Shown piece after piece: positions 36,794-51,330 of a DNA stretch of 64,000 nucleotides (positions within the stretch are counted from its first letter, which is position 1; each line of letters begins with the position of its first letter). The notes under the pieces were generated by a model. It searched no databases. It had not been told where the DNA came from and saw only the letters and a program-made list of their open reading frames with translations. The position numbers were made by a program, and so were the translations under genes. Where the stretch lies: NCBI GenBank assembly GCA_010015805.1, contig ML978124.1:2356001-2420000 (forward strand), in the 5' to 3' direction. The DNA is from Rhizodiscina lignyota (taxonomy: Eukaryota).

Positions 36794-37631
36794 CGTGATG
36801 TCCAATTGACCAGCGCAAAGAAAGCAATGTGAAGACAACGCAAGCAACAGACAGTCCTACCTTGAAGTATAAGAAGCTCATACGCAATGGCTTCAGTTGT
36901 TTGCCCGCAATTGGATCTCGGACATGATTGTCCCAAGGTCTTTCTGCACTGTTATGCCTTCGTACCTAGTCCCTGTTGGTACCCCACGGAGTGCTAGACC
37001 AGAGGCAATTTTCCGCCATTCGGAACAAATATTGAGAGTGGTAAGATGCAGGAACCAACTTCCTTGGTACAGGATGAAGTCGACGATCATCGCAGTGTTC
37101 GTGGGTTAAACAGAGGGACTTGCGGGGAGGAAGACTCTAAAGTGGAGCTTCGTATGATTCGGCGTAGCTACATGCGAACATCCAAGAGGGCAGCGATAGC
37201 ACATCATAGCAGGAAGAGGACATGCACTCGGTAGATGCAGGAGAGTGAATTTTTCTTGAATTCTCATCTCCGGTGGCCTAGGAGGACGGATAGAACAAGT
37301 AATACGGAGTACCAAGAGATAGATATGGATTTGCAAAATCGGGCTAGTGTGAAACAAAACACTTTTTACGGTTTAGCTTGAAAGACAGACTCTCACTCTG
37401 GACACCGTGACTCTGCTATACGACCGTGAAAGACCGTCGCAAAGAACCACATAGAGTCATAGACACGCTCCTTACGAGTTATTATGGCAGATGTGCCGTG
37501 TTTCCATTCCAAAGGCTTGCTGCGTTGCTAGATATTCGATTTTCACCCCCGTCAAAGCTCCCCGTACTTTTTCATTAAATTCTTTTAGATATTCTGAATC
37601 AAGGTTGCCTTGTTCTCTGAGCCGAACCATC

Positions 37632-38740
37632 ATGTCTTCCGAGATAGAACAAAAAGATGTCAATATTGGGTCTGCCGCGACCGAGAATGGCGTAGATACA
37701 CCTAAGAAGAAGCTCAGATATGTCGATGTAAGACTACCTGGTGTGTGCCATCACAGGATGAGTTCTAACACGACACCAGATCGGCATCAATCTAGGCGAT
37801 CCAGTCTTCCGAGGCAAATATCATGGCAAACAAGCGCACACCGATGACTTCTCCGACGTTCTTCAGCGTGCTCGCGATGCAGGCTGTCAGAAGCTCATGG
37901 TCACAGGCTCTGACCTCAAGGAGTCAATCCACGCCGTCCAAATCGCTGAGCAACACCCTGGGCTGTGTTATGCAACTGTTGGAGTGCATCCGTGCTCCGC
38001 GAAGCACTTCGATTCGTACCTAGGTGGACCGGCAGCAATGCTCGCTTCGCTAAAGGATGTGGCGGTGATGGGGAAGGAGTCAGGGCATGCCGTGGCGTTT
38101 GGGGAGATTGGTCTGGATTATGATCGGCTATTTCTGACCGGAAAAGAACAGCAGCTGAAGTATTTTGAGGCGCAGCTGGACCTTGCGGTAGAGATTCAGC
38201 TTCCGCTATTCCTGCACTCACGTGCAGCGAGCGAGGATTTCGAACGTCTACTTGGAGCTAGACTACCAAAGCTACCGAAGAGAGGACTAGTACATTCCTT
38301 CACGGGCACAATGGAGGAGATGAAGAGGATGGTGGATCTGGGACTGGATGTTGGTGTAAATGGCTGCAGCATGAAGACGGAAGAGAACATTGAGGTCGTC
38401 AAAGAGATCCCTTTGGGTAGACTGCAAATCGAGACCGACGGACCGTGGTGCGAAATGCGCCCATCTCATGTGTCAGCAAAATACTTGTCGGACGCTCCGC
38501 CGCTGCTCAAGGCTGTTAAGAAGGAAAAGTGGGCTGCGGGTATGATGGTCAAGGGGCGGAATGAGCCTGCGACAATCTCGCATGTCGCTCATGCCATCGC
38601 GAAGATCAAGGGCATACCAGTTGAGGAGGTTACAGAAGCGTAAGTGGTAGTCCACAACGTAAGCTATCTGTAAGCTAACTACGCTCAGCGCTTGGAGAAA
38701 CTCCGTTGAGATGTTTGGTCTCGGTGAATCGTCGCCATGA
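37632..38740 (+). CDS. TATD: TatD family deoxyribonuclease, 3 exons (introns 37728-37779, 38640-38688)
   Basis: YVDIGINL, TVGVHPC, AFGEIGLDYDR, PLFLHSR, GLVHSFTG, IETDGPWC and GRNEP motifs. Confidence 0.93.
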
Positions 38741-39299
38741 GCTGGACCCGGGATTATCTCAGCAATAACTGGCATGATCTCTTGTGCCGTTGCCTACGAG
38801 CTGGTGTCCGTGGGCAAAGACCGGATCCAAGCAATCAACGCCGATGGATATGAACCGATATTGCGGCTGATAGGGAGTTCGAGTAGACAGTGTATCGACC
38901 TCTCGGTCCCGGTGAAGGCGGCCAAATTAGTTGGCGATTGTGTAGCAATCACTAGGCCCCATACCAGAGCTCTGTGTATTGAAAGGCATCGATAGAAAGG
39001 TCCGTGTGGACACATCAATAATCATACAGGCCACAATAATGCCTTTTGACACTCAAGAGAGTGACCTTCATAATCAAGACCAGTCAAGCAAAAGTAGAAC
39101 ATCATTGCAGCCATCATGTCCCGAGATTTGCTTTTCCACAGAGCCAAAGCGCCAGACACCATATCAATGCTGACATCATTAGTCATGCCGAATCCATCCA
39201 CCTGCAACATGTTTGATTCTCGGTCGTCAAAAGACGGCATTCATGGTCTTGCCGCTTCCTCAGCATCTTCACTCGCTTTTTGCATCAGCAGAGCAAAAG

Positions 39300-40425
39300 T
39301 TAGTTGTAATCGCGTGTACTCTCCCAGTCTCCAACATCGATGCCATTGCGTCTCTGGTTGCGGACCCAGAAAGGGTGGTATGTCGAATAGTCACGCTGGC
39401 CAGAGATGCCAAGCTCGGAGGCGACGTTGACATAGCCTTCGGCATTTTTCTTGCCGCTTTTCGCAACTTTCTTGAGCACGTCATCATCTCCCATCCAAGG
39501 TGTGCGGCAGAGGGGGCAAGTGACACCTCCACTCGTACCCTGTTTGGTGGCAGCCCACTGCTCGAAGCAGCCTTTGTGGATGTTGTTGCCACAAGCTGCT
39601 TTGCAATACACAATTTCTTCTCCATCAGGTTCGAAAGGTGTGAAGCAGATGGGACAGTCGCCATCAATTTCCTTGCGGTTCCCATCCTTGGATGTGTTCT
39701 CGGGAGAGAGAATTGGAGGCGCTTTAGCCATGATCTCACGGAGCTCATTCGAGAGTAGAGCAAGTTGATACTGCAGGTCTTCAGGAGCGCGGAGGACTCG
39801 AATCATCACGTAGATGATATGTTTGCATTGCCGGCGTTTCATCCCTTGTGGGCAATTGCATGTTGGAACTTTGCAGATATTGACTTGGTAGATATTGCCC
39901 GTCGATCCGGCCAGCTCAACCGTCTCTTCTGGGCATTCTTCCGTACCGGACCTTGTGCGTTCAATAACAAACATCCTAGCCAGGAGTCAGCATGGTGCAA
40001 TTGTCTAACCCAAGCTCTGATCCTTACCGCTGTGTCGTAGCTCTCAGATAAATGTCGGAGTAAGCCTGGGGTGGCTGCTTACGGAACCTGAATCTATGAG
40101 TGACACTGCTCAATATCTTCGAGTGAAGCGAAGCTCACTGTTTAAGCCTCTTCTCTTCGGGGAACTTGGTCTTCTTCTTTCCTTTCTTCGATGGTGCAAC
40201 AAGCTCATCAGCATCTTCGTCTTCGGCCAGCTGGGCAGACGAAGAGGCCTGGCTTTTCCTCGCTCTCTTCTTCAAAGGCTTCACATCAAGTACTTGAAGA
40301 TCATCATCATCATCCTCACCAAAGCCCTGCTTCTCTGCAGCGGCTCGCTTTCGAGTAGGCCTTTGCTTGTTAATGAGCTCAGCCAGTGGAGCGTTTTGAC
40401 TTGCAGTGTCGTCAATCACACCCAT
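39300..40425 (-). CDS. SWIM zinc finger plus RING finger protein, 3 exons (40425-40139, 40087-40028, 39975-39300)
   Basis: SWIM PTCNCP...QCKHIIYV; RING CPICF...YCKAACGNNIHKGCFEQW...CPLCRTPW. Confidence 0.9.
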
Positions 40426-40844
40426 GGTGATGATGAGAGGTGTTAGAAGAGAAGTGAGTGAGGTTGAAGAAGATGAGCTAGGCCTCAGAAGAAAAATGAA
40501 ATTGATAGAGAAGTGGTGAACTTTTGTTATGCCTGTGGTAAGAAGTTGAAGGGATGAAGTGGGGCATTGGCAATTATCAGAACAAGGTGCCAAGACTTCT
40601 CGCAACGCCAAAATAGCGCGCAATCACGTGCTAGATTAGAATCGGATTCACTTTCCAAGGCACCGATGGAGCTCGACTGTACCGTGAGATGTGTTAATTT
40701 GATTCGGTACAAATATTGATAGTCATAGGTAGTGGTTCTATAGACATCGCGTGAATCAATGGTCGCTCTATATCTTTCGTCTAATCTTTTCCCATCCAAA
40801 CGCCATGCTGCAAGCTTTCAATCCCACTTGTATCCTTGAGTACA

Positions 40845-41892
40845 TCACACTTGACTCCGCCCAAAGCCAAAGCGTTTTCGTTTTCCCATTTTCTCAGTTG
40901 GCACTGCGTCATTATCTGCTAAATGCCCAGGGGCTTTCTTTCTGCCTGTTTTGATATCTCTCCGGCTTGTACAGCAGCAACACAGACTGAACTGGACGAT
41001 GCATGCGAGAATCGAAAATCCAGACGCGATCCACATGAATACAAACATTTTGTCGCCAATGTCCGCGTGGATGTTGAGTGTTTGCTCTTTTTGTACCTCG
41101 ATTTTGATGATGACGAACATTGCTGTTGCCATAGCGGTGGCTACGGTGACAAATACAGCATTCAGAAGAGTTAAAATGGAGATCGGAACCGCTGCCCATC
41201 GAGAGTACAGTGATAGTGGCAAAATGAAGGTGAGGACAGTTGAGAAGCAAGCACCGGTTAAGAAAAGCGCAAACATCCATTTCGAGACCGTTTCGACAAT
41301 GTGCAGATAATGGACCAAGGTGCCTGGAAGTGCAACTGCAAGTCCATCAGTAATGACATAATGTGAAGTAGAGACGCAATTTTGCCTTACTAGTTGCTCC
41401 AGCAAGCAGCTCATTGAGCAGGATTTCGACAGGGTTGAACCAATAAAGAGTTTTTGGTTTTGAACAATCCGTGACACTCGAGCCGTACCCTTCACAATAG
41501 TTCCACAGTCCAACTTGGTAGAAGTCATGTAGGCCAAGGCTCTGAGCGATGCTGTTGATGAGATCGCCATTTGGAACGCTCGTCGGCACAATATCCTTAA
41601 GGATAATCCTGAGGAAGTAAATGTCTGTTAAAACAGGTTTGACGTGTGTATTGCCAATTTCCACAAGAATTAGGAATGTTACGGTTATGAGGAGGAAGAA
41701 GGAGGTTAATAGGGCGAAGGTTTTTCGTGTTCGAGTTGCTCGGTGAAGCTGCCATCTTGAAGGAGTGGTTTCCATGTGCGGTGTTATTGTGCTCTCTGTC
41801 TGTTGAGATAGTCGTTGTTCCTGTGTTGTTGCCGGATGAGAGGCATCGTTTGGAATTCTCTTCTTTCGACCTGGGAACGTAATTGAGACCAT
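40845..41892 (-). CDS. SUR7/PalI family membrane protein, 2 exons
   Basis: LGLHDFYQVGLWNYCEG...CSKPKTLYWFNPVEILLNELLAGAT; four hydrophobic segments; one intron near 41389-41335. Confidence 0.88.
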
Positions 41893-42588
41893 TCTCGTAA
41901 CAACTGATCAATGTTCCGATTTCAGAAGGATTGAGAAAGAGAAAGGTAATAAAGAGCGTAGATTCTCAGTACCTTGGAATAGTTTTGTTCCAGTGAAATG
42001 TGCAGATTGGAAAGGCTGGGTGCACACTCATTGACCTCAAACGCGGAAGGAGAAGACGGCGATTGAGGAAGTCGACCGTCCTCAGCTCCTCCATGACGAA
42101 GTGCAATCTGCGCAGCACAGCTTGCGTGGATCTGCTCGTCCGCAGCCAGAGGTTAACACTTTTCCGGGCTGATGGGCGAAAACTTTTGGGTCGAAAAGTG
42201 GGTCGCACCAACGTCATTGTGGCTTTTCAGAGGGTCTTTCGTTCCTGATGCGCGTCTTCTCGCCATAATTCTGGAGACATCACCATACCGTAACTAGGCC
42301 AGCTAAGTCAACCCTTCCGTTTCTGTTGGTAGTTTGGTTTCATGCAGTGGCTGGCACTTCGCCTCGCCGCCCAAGCTTCTCTGCCATCCGCTGAATCCCA
42401 ATTACCGCATCATTGGCTTCCACTTCTTTTTCCACATCTCCAATTCTTCCATCTCTCGACTCATTTCAAGTTGAATATGCGCGTTATGCTAGGACATTGA
42501 TATATTACATATCTTCGAAGCTCCTCTTGAACAGCTGTTCAGAAGCGAGCCAAGCGACGAAGGACACCACTCTCCTGTCTGACACAAC

Positions 42589-44088
42589 ATGAAGTCTCTG
42601 AGTGTTGCTCCCATTTTCTTCCTGGCACTATGGCGCGTTCTTGCACAAGATAGCTCGGATACATCGACACCCTCCTTTACTGGATCCTTTTCGACTTTAA
42701 CTGGATCGGCGGCTTCTAAAGCGACCGCTGACGATGGAGATATACCAACTGGGAGTGTTACCTACTTGTCAGTGAGCTCAACAAGAACAGAATCGACCAC
42801 GGGATCGGGGAAATCATCGAATTCTAGCGCGACCGGGAGCATATCAACGTCGACGAGTAGTTCAATTTCCCTCACATTGTTAAGCGGAGGCGGAACAACT
42901 GCAAATTCCACAACACTGTCTAGCACAAGTACATCGACTTCTGCAAGTCCAACAAATACACAACCGTGCAATGGATACCCTGAGTTTTGCGCAAGGAAAT
43001 ATTCGAACATCACCGAAGTCTGCGCACACAACTCTCCGTTTGTGAAGCAAGGAAACGCTGCGAGCAATCAAGAGCTTGGCGTGACTACCCAATTGAACGA
43101 TGGGATACGGATGTGTGAGTAGAGCTTCATCCTTTCGATTACACATAAGCTGATTAAATCAAATTAGTGCAAGGCCAAACCCATTATGAAAATGAGACGC
43201 TGTATTTTTGCCACACCTCCTGTGATATCTTGAACGTTGGAACGGTAGAAGATTATTTGAAAGAAGTGACCAACTGGGTTGCCCAGCATCCTTATGACGT
43301 TGTAACAATCTTGCTGGGGAACAGCGACAATGTGAACGTCAACAATTTCACCGCCCCCATTCAAAATTCAGGCCTGGGAAGATATGTGTACGAACCGCCC
43401 GAAGTTCCGATGGGTCTTGACGACTGGCCGATGCTGTCCGAGATGATATTTACTCAAAAGCGTGTGGTGTTCTTCTTGGATTACGGCGCAAACCAGACAG
43501 CTGTGCCATACGTTTTGGACGAATTCAGTCAGATGTGGGAGACTCCCTTTTCGCCGACCAATCCAGCATTTCCATGTACAGTGGACCGGCCACCGAAACT
43601 TAGCGACGAAGATGCGAAAGCTCGATTGTACATGGCGAACCATAATCTCAACGTTGCCATTGACCTTAGTGGAGCTGAACTTCTCATTCCGAATACTGCG
43701 AACCTGACGCAGACAAACACTGCCTTTGGCCCAATCAGTCTTGGGAACATGTCTGCAAGATGCAGGAGTAAGTAATCATCTCGAGACATTCATTTCTGTG
43801 CCTGCTTACAAGATTGCAGCCGACTGGGGCCGTCCGCCCAATTTTCTGTTGGTGGACTATTACAACCAGCCTTACAATAACGGCACAGTGTTCCAAGTCG
43901 CAGCGACGATGAACAACGTGACTTATAACGGCAGATGCTGTGGTACTGACAGCCAATCGGCCGCCACAGCTCTTTCAAGAGTTCGTCAACAATCCTCGCC
44001 GTCGGGATGTTTACTCTCTCAAGCATCATACCGTTTCTGTAACCTCTCTCTGTTTGGCATAGCAGGACAGGCCGAGGCCCGACCGTGA
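42589..44088 (+). CDS. Secreted PI-PLC-like phosphodiesterase with a Ser/Thr-rich linker, 3 exons (introns 43115-43167, 43768-43819); C-terminus possibly frameshifted
   Basis: Signal peptide; CNGYPEFCARKYSNIT...AHNSPF...QLNDGIRMLQGQTH...CHTSC; WGRPPNFLLVDYY. Confidence 0.87.
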
Positions 44089-44940
44089 ACAGATCGGCTT
44101 CAACTAGATATTCGCATCAGCTGCGGAAAGACGAAAATTTTGCATAGCGTGGGCAAAGGCGTTTGGAAGTGGAAATTTAGGCTGTTGGTACTGATACGGA
44201 AATTCTCCTCATTTGAAAAGATCGCGCAGAGAACTATACCCTGACGTGAGAAACGATGGCCCTTCGCATGAGAGATGTGTTGAGCACATAACAATGTCAA
44301 TTCCCATCGTAAAAGGCCAGATCACTTCGGAGCGAATGTGTTGGCAAGAAATTCCTCATGAGCGATTGAGAGCAAACCGTACGCCACCCAACATGCACTC
44401 TGCAAGATGATTTCCCTCCACATCCGCCAAGGACAGCGCTAGACGTGATCTCCCCCTCTCCGCATCTTCGTGCGATAAAGTTAGAATGATTAACCTAACC
44501 ACGCCTTTGCCTTGCGAGTTTCTATACAACGACTGGGGAACGTTCCGATGGACCCCCCTGGGCTGACACAGTAAGCACGATTTCCCAACTCCGTTGGTCA
44601 GGCCCGCACAGGGCAGCCGGCGAAGACATCCAACGAAAATCTACCCATAATCCGGGCATGTCCACACCGCATAAAATGCCCTTTATTTCCGCGCATTTCT
44701 AGGCTCCTTAGTGTTTGACCCCAGCTGGGCTTCAGCCTTACAATCCAAAGACTGTCTTAGTAATATGCGGCTATCGCCTTAGGCTGACTCAAGTCCTCCA
44801 CCTTAGAAAAGACGTCGTTACTTAATCTTCTGCGGAGGGACGGTCTGGTACTTCAGGGATAACGGGTTCGCTTGTCAGAAAAATTGGGTTGATGATTCCC
44901 ATTCTCATGTTATCCACTGTCATTTGGAGAACATCTTGTC

Positions 44941-47084
44941 ATGAGTGGCAGTATCCGAATCATACCGGAGCGTAACAAGAGCGCTTCGACGAACGATGGA
45001 TCTTCTTCGTCACCGCCATCTTCGTCGGCCACGGCCACGACGCCGGCGAAGGCAACAGCTAATAAGAACTTCACCTTCCTCACAATCACCGATCCAAAGC
45101 AAGCCAGGGATAAAAAGAATAAGAAGAGCGTCCGCTCTCATGTCATGTTTGATTACGCCGCGAGACAAAAATCGGGCGCTGTGGAATCCGGGGAGAAATC
45201 GGGACGTCGCAAGTTCGCAAAACCACGACAGAGAGGTTCAAAATCGAGCATCTCTGGGTCTAGTACGGCACACGATGACGAATTTGCGTCATTTGATGAG
45301 GTTGTCAACGATCTCAATCGCGTACGCGATCTGGCTCAAACATTGAAATCCCAGCGCTCAAACAGATCGGACGATCCCGCTGCAACTCTCGCGGATGCTG
45401 AAGACATCAGTCGGTATTACCGTACCCTTATGACTCTCAACAAGCTGGGCTCTAAAGGTGATAAGCCGCAAGACGTACTCAACCAAGATGACGATACGTT
45501 CGAAATGGTATGGAAAGCGGGATTTGTAAAGCCATATATGATCCGAGGACTCGGAAATGAAGTCGATCCTTTCTTTGTATTGCCGCAATTCAGGAGCCCG
45601 ATGATTTATATGGCAGAGTTAAAGATGTGGTGTAAGTCATATCCTCAGCGGAGCAACATCTGCATTTCCTTTCATGGAGTTAACGGACCCGCTGACAATA
45701 TACTCTAGGTACACGCCGCTTTGGGACAAAGGCAATGGCCATTTCATGGGTCCCAACTCTTGCCAGATCCCGATTCTCATATCTCGCTTCTCTTACTGTT
45801 GGAGCTACAGACATGGACGTCGCCAATGGATTGCGGGGCGATAGTGCATTGACCGTGGCGGTGAAGACTGAAGTCATCGAGATGGTGAATGAGAGCATAG
45901 CAGATCCCGTGACACAGTTCTCGGACGAGACGCTAATGAGCATCACCCTCTTACTGTGTAGCGAAGTGGTTACAGCGAACGAGTGGATCCTGGACATACA
46001 TGAAAACGGTGTCACTAAGATGCTTCTCCACAAGGGAGGACTGAGAAACCTTGGTCTACAGGGCGAGCTTGCAGTTGCTATACACATGTAAGCACGTTTC
46101 ATCTTTTTGTCCTCTTACAGCATCACGAATATGCCAGGGAGGAATCGCTCTAACATAAACAACAGAACGATAGTTCTTATGAACGTCTCCCGCGAGAAAC
46201 AACCGCATCAATTGTACAAGGATTTTGTCCCTCTCAAACTCCGTGCAGTGAGCACAAAACGGGCGATCCCAGAAAATCCAGTGTACTGTCCTCGAGGAGA
46301 CTTCTTTACAGTCGTCCGCAGCAAAACTTGCACAGAGCCGATGTACGAGATCCTCTGTGATACACGGGATCTCACGGACCTTTTGTTCCAAAGGTTTCTC
46401 GATGTTGATTGCCATGACAAACCTGATGATGTTATCCAAAGGGAGTTCCTCTCTACAGCAGAAACGCCATGCGAGTTCCAAGCCGCCGCTGACGCAACGC
46501 TGAAACGCATCGAGGCCATCCCACCACTGAGGAGGGATAGTGGAATGCCGTTGTCATACACTACCTGGATGTTCGAAACAGTTCGGATAGTCTCACTAAT
46601 CTACGTCACCGCTATTGCCAAAGGCGTACCTTTCTCGAAAGCTGCAACTATGGTCGACGCTCGTTGCGAGTCTATCCCCAATCTCTCTTCTGGGACGCTC
46701 CCCACAGTCCTGCACGCATTGGTCACAGCACTTACCAACTCAAACACCTCAGAGGCGTGGGCTGACATGTCGGGCGTTCTGTACTGGTGCGTTGTGGTGG
46801 GCGCTGCAGCAGCGCGCAAGCGGACCACTGAGGCTAGCTGGACTGATGACGACGAGTGGGTCAGACGATATCTCGTGGCTACTGGTGTGAGAATCTCGAT
46901 ATTGCTGTGCTTTGAACATGCGGAACCGGCGACTGTCAGCTTGCGCAGGGTGAATAAAGTGCAAGAGCTCCTTGAAAAGAGAGGGAAGTTTCTGAAGATG
47001 ATAGGCGTTGGTGACACAGTGGAGGTGTCGGAATCTGTTGAAGCTGAAGACGTTTTGGAAGCGACAGAGCTTTGGCTTCATTGA
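44941..47084 (+). CDS. Fungal-specific transcription-factor-like protein without a Zn cluster, 3 exons (introns about 45632-45708 and 46088-46165)
   Basis: N-terminal FTFLTITDPKQAR...VRSHVM motif, GNEVDPFFVLP, helical C-terminal domain (IHENGVTKMLLHKGGLRNLG; GVLYWCVVVG). Confidence 0.7.
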
Positions 47085-47244
47085 ATTCGCTTATGGGTTG
47101 CATAGCTTGGTGTTGTTGGCGAAATTGCTTGGAACGTCGCTTCTCGTATTTTTACATATTGCGAGTCTATTGAATTTGAGTGTAGAATACAGCTCCACAA
47201 GGTGGAGCAAGTTACGATCGCTTGTTGGAGATCAATACCATCTA

Positions 47245-48076
47245 TCACGTCTTCGGTACCTTTGAGCTCCGTTTCCCGATTTCCCAGCCCCAACCCCGCA
47301 ATGTCTTTACGACCTTTGGTGTGACAGCTACCGTGAGCGGTATCCGTATGAAGATGAATAGCGATTTATGGATGGCGTATGCGAGAGCAAGCTGGGTCCA
47401 GATACCTGTGGTAATAGAATCAGTAACTGCATCGAGCAGGTAGTATTTGCTGCCATTGCTACTTACTAGCTTCCCCGTCTTTTGCTTTCGCTTGTGCATG
47501 TGCAACGTCACTACCGACAATGCCTTCCCTGACCGTTGCAGTACTCTCGTTTTCAGTCACAGGGACTGTCTGCTTTTGTGCTTGTGTGCCCGACAGCGGA
47601 TTCACGGCACGCCATGTCTTGCGTATGTACTCGAGCACAGCGTGCTCCGCTTCCCCTACGCGTTCTGTTCCAACCATCCGAACTATGAGGAAGCATATTG
47701 GCATATCGGCGGCGGAAAGGAGGAGGTAGACGCCGACGGCAGACCAACCATACTCTCTGAATAACCGTTTTAGTTGGTCTTTAAGCGATGGTTGGGGCTT
47801 TGGGCTCCCAAGGTGTGGTGTAGGGTTGGGGGAGGTGCTGTTGTGGCGGATAGAGCGGAGGCTTCGAATGGGAGGCCGGAATCGTGGGAGGAAGGCCCGA
47901 GAGATTCGTGATCGCCAAAGGGGGCTTGCGGTCACTCCGAAGAGGCGGGTTGATGCCGTCGATGGGCTAAATATTGACCTCCTCGCATATTGAGGCCCAA
48001 AGTGAGCTTTGGGTGCCGAAACGGGAACGAATCGTCTTGGGAGGGTATTGAGGAGAAGAGGTTGCAGGGCCCTCAT
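47245..48076 (-). CDS. DUF1279/FAM210 family mitochondrial membrane protein (Nat2-like), 2 exons
   Basis: LKRLFREYGWSAVGVYLLLSAAD...EASIWTQLALAYAIHKSLFIFIRIPLTVAVTPKVVKTLR; Arg-rich presequence. Confidence 0.85.
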
Positions 48077-51000
48077 CACCAGGGATTCGAGAGTAATGCG
48101 GCAGTTCCAATGACAGTCGCAGGAAGTGAGGCTCGCGCGGTAGTCGGGGGACTGTAATTTCTGCGTTCTTTTAGCGGCTTCGACATATCACTTCATGTTT
48201 TAGGCACGCCTGCTTGGCCGACCCGACAGTGAGGTTCGGTTGCAGAAGTCAAAAGCGTTCGATCCGCCGGAATAAAGTAGCAAATGCGCCGGGCGCCACA
48301 TCCCTGCTGCTCACGTGATGGCCTCCCTCTAAGGTAGGTAGCCTCTCCAGGGCTGTCACACCGGGCTATCTCGTTTTTGGTGTTGAGGTTGATACCCAAC
48401 ACACCTACCAACCGCCACAATACGTGCCGACAAGCGCGCCGTCGAGGATCCTCACATCGCCCCCTGGTATTTCCAGCGCTTAGCTCTCCATCCTTGCAGA
48501 TTCACCTTGTGGTTGTCCAGTTTCCCTGTTCATCCCTACCCGCGTCTCGCTTGCTCGCTTGCTGCCAGCAGGGCTCGTTTTGAACCTGGTGTCTCTCGTG
48601 ACCATCGCAGTGGTTGCAGATGGCAGGGAACCCAAAAGCGTCAACTGCCACTCATCGATATCAAACGCATTAGCCATCTCTTTCCACACCATGTAATCCT
48701 CTAAATCCTTTTCGCCTGCTGCTGTCCATGTCGAAGAGAGTCAGACGAAAGCCAATGGAAACCTCCGCTGTCTTTAGGAATCCAAGGCTGACCCGGTCGT
48801 TTCAGTTCAAGGCCGATCCATCTCTCCACGTGCTTCATCACCATCCGAACTATGGGAGCACGCGGGCAGTGTGAGCTGAGAGGCGCACCATGTTCTGACG
48901 TAAGAATAGCTCTTCCCCGCAAGCCACTGGTTCAGATATGCCCGGTCCAACAGTTCGAGAGTTTTCTCCTACTGCTGAATCGTCGGTATGCTGCCTCCGC
49001 TAGCGCGCGTGCGGTCCGCTCCCGTCCTATGAAACACCATTAACGCTCTGCTATCAGCATTTTCGTCCGCGCGGCGTTCAAGGCTAGCACCCAACGACCA
49101 AGTGCGATTACACCTTGGCGTCAATGGCGGAGGCCACTGGTCATTCCCCGTCATTCCCGTCATTCCTTTGGTCAGCGGATCCGGCGTTCTTCGGAACTGT
49201 CCATAAGCGTTAGTGAAATTCGAATTTCCACTGTTTGTGTCGAAACAAGTACGCCGCATAATTTCGCCACTCATATGGCAGAATGGGGGGCTTGAGACCA
49301 ATATTGAAGGGACAAGAACTGGCGGCAGGCCCATTTTGTGCTTCATGTTTCATTGCTCTGCAGACACTTGTGGGTCGAGCAGAGTCCGGGGATGCAAGCA
49401 CTGCCAATCGCGCGTTACCGAAACAGTCAAATCGTGGCTTCTTGAGAGCAGCGATCACAGGGAGCGTAGCGGACGAGCCGACCCTCATGTCAAATGCATG
49501 CCAGCGCCACGGTTGGCATCCTGTGAAACGGGCTGTTATTCCACGAGGCGCATCCGCGTGCATGGAGCCGTTTGAAAGACTTGCAGAAAGATTTGTATGC
49601 CACTCTGATGCCGCTCTCCTAGCCCTATGGGGTCATTCACCGCCGCGCCGTTGACGTGCTCTTCCCTGGCTTCCGCACAGACAGCCAAAAACGTGCGCAT
49701 GTTAGGGCAAGGATGAGGGGCCAATGTGATGTATCTGGCATTGCCTGAAGATCGCTGATCGCCTCTTCAAATCAGTGGAGTCAGGTCAGAATGGGACGAC
49801 GCTGATATGAGGGAAAGTTAAATGCTCGTGAGTGAGCGGGCGCTCAGCCTCATCACGAAACATCGCGAGGCTCGTAGAGCTCCACTTAGCAGGCTGCATG
49901 TGTTTCTTCAGGCGACCACCGACAAATCAGGACAGTGGCCCAAGCTTGCATCAATCTTTTCGCAGAATTCTGCACCCAAAACGAAGCTCAGGAACGAACA
50001 GGTCACATCACATTTAAGACATGCCGCATTGGGCTCTTGACTCTCGCTTGCGCGAAGCGGCTTGACGCGTCAAAAGCTTCTTTGCATATGGCTTTGACGC
50101 TAATAAAAGGAACGCGCTAGAATTCTTCCTATGCGTTTCTCGGGAGCTTCCAAGAGGTTAATACGTCTGATGTGCTCCTAGCGGCCTCCACACCATAGTG
50201 CCGCCGTGTTCGGTGTTTGCGCACAGACGGCGTGAATGATTCATGTCTGTACCAGCACCATGGCATCTCAAATATTTTACTTCGTAGAGGTGTGCTGAGA
50301 GGCTCACCTCCCGTGCGCCGGCGGCAGCATCAGCTCTTCGGCCCACGAATGAGGCGCCATGCTCCCGGAAGGTTGACTTCATTCGGTGGAGATCAAGGGC
50401 TTTTCCGAACGCCCCGTTTCTCGCACGCGTTGCAGAGCAATACCGTGATGCCTCACACTAGAGCCGTATCACAGCGCGGTCGTCTCGCGCGGCCGAACCG
50501 GATCATCTATTTTCTCCTCGGCGTCGGGCAAATTCGGCTCCTGACAGTCGTCTCAAGTTGAAGCAGCTCCAGCTCTGCACGTCTCACGTTGCAGTCGCTC
50601 CCATCTTTCTCCACGTGTGCAACGTTCAAAAGGCTGGTGCTGTGTCTTGTGTTCCTTCTTCAGGCCACTCACTATGTGGAGTCTTTGCCCGCCCCCTGTC
50701 GGCTAACAGGAATGTCCCTGGTCAGCGCAAGCATCATCTCATCAATCCTACCGGTCCACGCTGGAAACCGGGTTACCCCCCCTATCAACCGTCGTTGCAA
50801 TCGCATTGTTCTCGCGGCCTGGTGCCTGCTCAATACCGCACTGTTTCCCAAGCCCTCGCACTGGCGCGGATCAGTTCCATATCAAACAGCAAGGTTGTGA
50901 TCAGCTTGACAAGCCTGTCAGTTGCTGCCGTAGCAAGGCGGACTAGCCGTTGTCCATCCACTGGCGCTTCCAGGCGATCAGAACGCGCCAGAAGCGGTCG

Positions 51001-51330
51001 AAAAAAGCTGTTCATGAGTTCGTATGTAGTAGACTGCTTACGTCCTCTTACCGTTCTCGAGCATTAGCGAACGAGGCAAGTGCCACAAAACCCTTCCCAA
51101 ACTTTGTGGCCCAATCGAGGGGAGGTACCCTCCGGTCGGTTTAGACTCCATCGTCAATCGTATGTAAACGCTCCCTCAGCACACACACTCTCACAAAATG
51201 TCTCATTTGCGCCCCCGTCGTTCTTGACTCTTACAGAAGCCTTGTGACCTGTACCTCCCTTCTTAAAGGTTCTTCTCTCCGCCGTTCTTATCTTTATTTC
51301 CTCCTTCAAATTCACGCCTACATTTCCTCA

